A stretch of DNA of 64,000 nucleotides, taken from positions 190,278,001-190,342,000 of the forward strand of contig NC_091986.1 of assembly GCF_044704955.1 (NCBI RefSeq), read 5' to 3'. The DNA is from Pristiophorus japonicus. Lineage: Eukaryota. The notes under the pieces were generated by a model that was not told the DNA's origin, did no database searches, and worked only from the letters and a program-made list of their open reading frames with translations. Below, piece by piece: positions 61,881 through 64,000 of the stretch. Numbering within the stretch: the first letter of the stretch is position 1; each line of letters begins with the position of its first letter. Both the position numbers and the translations under genes were made by a program.

Positions 61881-64000
61881 TGACCAATATGTCGAGGAAC
61901 CAACTGGGGGGGAGGCCATCTTAGACTGGGTGTTGTGTGATGAGAGAGGATTAATTAGCAATCTCATTGTGCGAGGCCCCTTGGGAAAGAGTGACCATCA
62001 TATGGTGGAATTCTACATTAGGATGGAGAATGAAACAGTTAATTCAGAGACCATGGTCCAGAACTTAAAGAAGGGTAACTTTGAAGGTATGAGGCATGAA
62101 TTGGCCAGGATAGATTGGCGAATGATACTTAAGGGGTTGACTGTGGATGGGCAATGGCAGACATTTAGAAACCGCATGGATGAACTACAACAATTGTACA
62201 TCCCTGTCTGGCGTAAAAATAAAAAAGGGAAGGTGGCTCAACCGTGGCTATCAAGGGAAATCAGGGATAGTATTAAAGCCAAGGAAGTGGCATACAAATT
62301 GGCCAGAAATAGCAGTGAACACGGGGACTGGGAGAAATTTAGAACTCAGCAGAGGAGGACAAAGGGTTTGATTAGGGCAGGGAAAATAGAGTACGAGAGG
62401 AAGCTTGCAGGGAACATTAAGACGGACTGCAAAAGTTACTATGATATGCAAAGAGAAAAAGGTTAGTAAAGACAAACTTAGGTCCTCGACAGTCAGAATC
62501 AAGGGAAGTCATAACGGGGAACAAAGAAATGGCAGACCAATTGAACAAGTACTTTGGTTCAGTATTCATTAAGGAGGACACAAACAACCTTCCGGATATA
62601 AAAGGGGTCAGAGGGTCAAGTAAGAAGGAGGAACTGAGGGAAATCCTTATTAGTCGGGAAATTGTGTTGGGGAAATTGATGGGATTGAAGGCCGATAAAT
62701 CCCCAGGGCCTGATGGACTGTATCCCAGAGTACTTAAAGAGGTGGCCTTGGAAATAGCAGATGCATTGACAGTCATTTTCCAACATTCCATAGACTCTGG
62801 ATCAGTTGCTATGGAGTGGAGGGTAGCCAATGTAACCCCACTTTTTAAAAAAGGAGGGAGAGAGAAAACAGGGAATTATAGACCGGTCAGCCTGACATCG
62901 GTAGTGGGTAAAATGATGGAATCAATTATTAAGGATGTCATAGCAGCGTATTTGGAAAGAGGTGACATGATAGGTCCAAGTCAGCATGGATTTGTGAAAG
63001 GGAAATCATGCTTGACAAATCTTCTGGAATTTTTTGAGGATGTTTCCAGTAGAGTGGACAAGGGAGAACCAGTTGATGTGGTGTATTTGGACTTTCAGAA
63101 GACTTTCGACAAGGTCCCACACAAGAGATTAATGTGCAAAGTTAAAGTACATGGGATTGGGGGTAGTGTGCTGACATGGATTGAGAACTGGTTGTCAGAC
63201 AGGAAGCAAAGATTAGGAGTAAATGGGTACTTTTCAGAATGGCAGGCAGTGACTAATGGGGTACCACAAGGTTCTGTGCTGGGGCCCCAGCTGTTTACAT
63301 TGTACATTAATGATTTAGACAAGGGGATTAAATGTAGTATCTCCAAATTTGCGGATGACACTAAGTTGGATGGCAGTGTGAGCTGCGAGGAGGATGCTAT
63401 GAGGCTGCAGAGTGACTTGGATAGGTTAGGTGAGTGGGCAAATGCATGGCAGATGAAGTATAATGTGGATAAATGTGAGGTTATCCACTTTGGTGGTAAA
63501 AACAGAGAGACAGACTATTATCTGAATGGTGACAGATTAGGAAAAGGGGAGGTGCAAGGAGACCTGGGTGTCATGGTACATCAGTCATTGAAGGTTGGCA
63601 TGCAGGTACAGCAGGCGGTTAAGAAAGCAAATGGCATGTTAGCCTTCATAGCAAGGGGATTTGAGTACAGGGGCAGGGAGGTGTTACGACAATTGTACAG
63701 GGCCTTGGTGAGGCCACACCTGGAGTATTGTGTACAGTTTTGGTCTCCTAACTTGAGGAAGGACATTCTTGCTATTGAGGGAGTGCAGCGAAGGTTCACC
63801 AGACTGATTCCTGGGATGGCGGGACTGACATATCAATAAAGACTGGATCGACTGGGCTTGTATTCACTGGAGTTCAGAAGAATGAGAGGTGATCTCATAG
63901 AAATGTTTAAAATTCTGATGGGTTTAGACAGGTTAGATGCAGGAAGAATGTTTCCGATGTTGGGGAAGTCCAGAACCAGGGGTCACAGTCTAAGGATAAG
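61881..64000 (+). mobile_element. CR1 LINE ORF2, 5'-truncated, runs off the window
   Basis: ORFs 61930-62466 and 62529-63839 with RT motifs; frameshift and a premature TAA. Confidence 0.95.

Overview
Repeat-rich vertebrate genomic DNA, most likely from a cartilaginous fish (shark). This is inferred from the SacSINE1/DeuSINE-type, LF-SINE-like and CR1 repeat families and from the gene sequences. Three host genes lie on the minus strand: ALG8 (coding exons 1-11 traced with splice sites, 21595 to 661; the last exons are off the left edge), KCTD21 (single coding exon) and LIPT1 (single coding exon). Most of the rest is transposon sequence: many CR1 LINE copies, L2 and RTE LINE fragments, several SINE families, two decayed Gypsy LTR elements and two PIF/Harbinger DNA transposons. 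One Harbinger is a 1.5-kb Myb-only derivative with perfect TIRs. The other is a two-gene element split by nested CR1 and Gypsy insertions. Best leads: (1) a candidate box H/ACA sno/scaRNA inside a U12-type intron of ALG8; (2) an exon upstream of LIPT1 with a fully open frame whose stop lies 9 nt before, and in frame with, the LIPT1 ATG after splicing (uORF or bicistronic candidate); (3) a structured 267-bp insert in a CR1, possibly the 3' end of a retroelement that targets CR1; (4) an in-frame cryptic or poison exon candidate in ALG8 intron 7. All family assignments are by eye and from memory; no searches were run.
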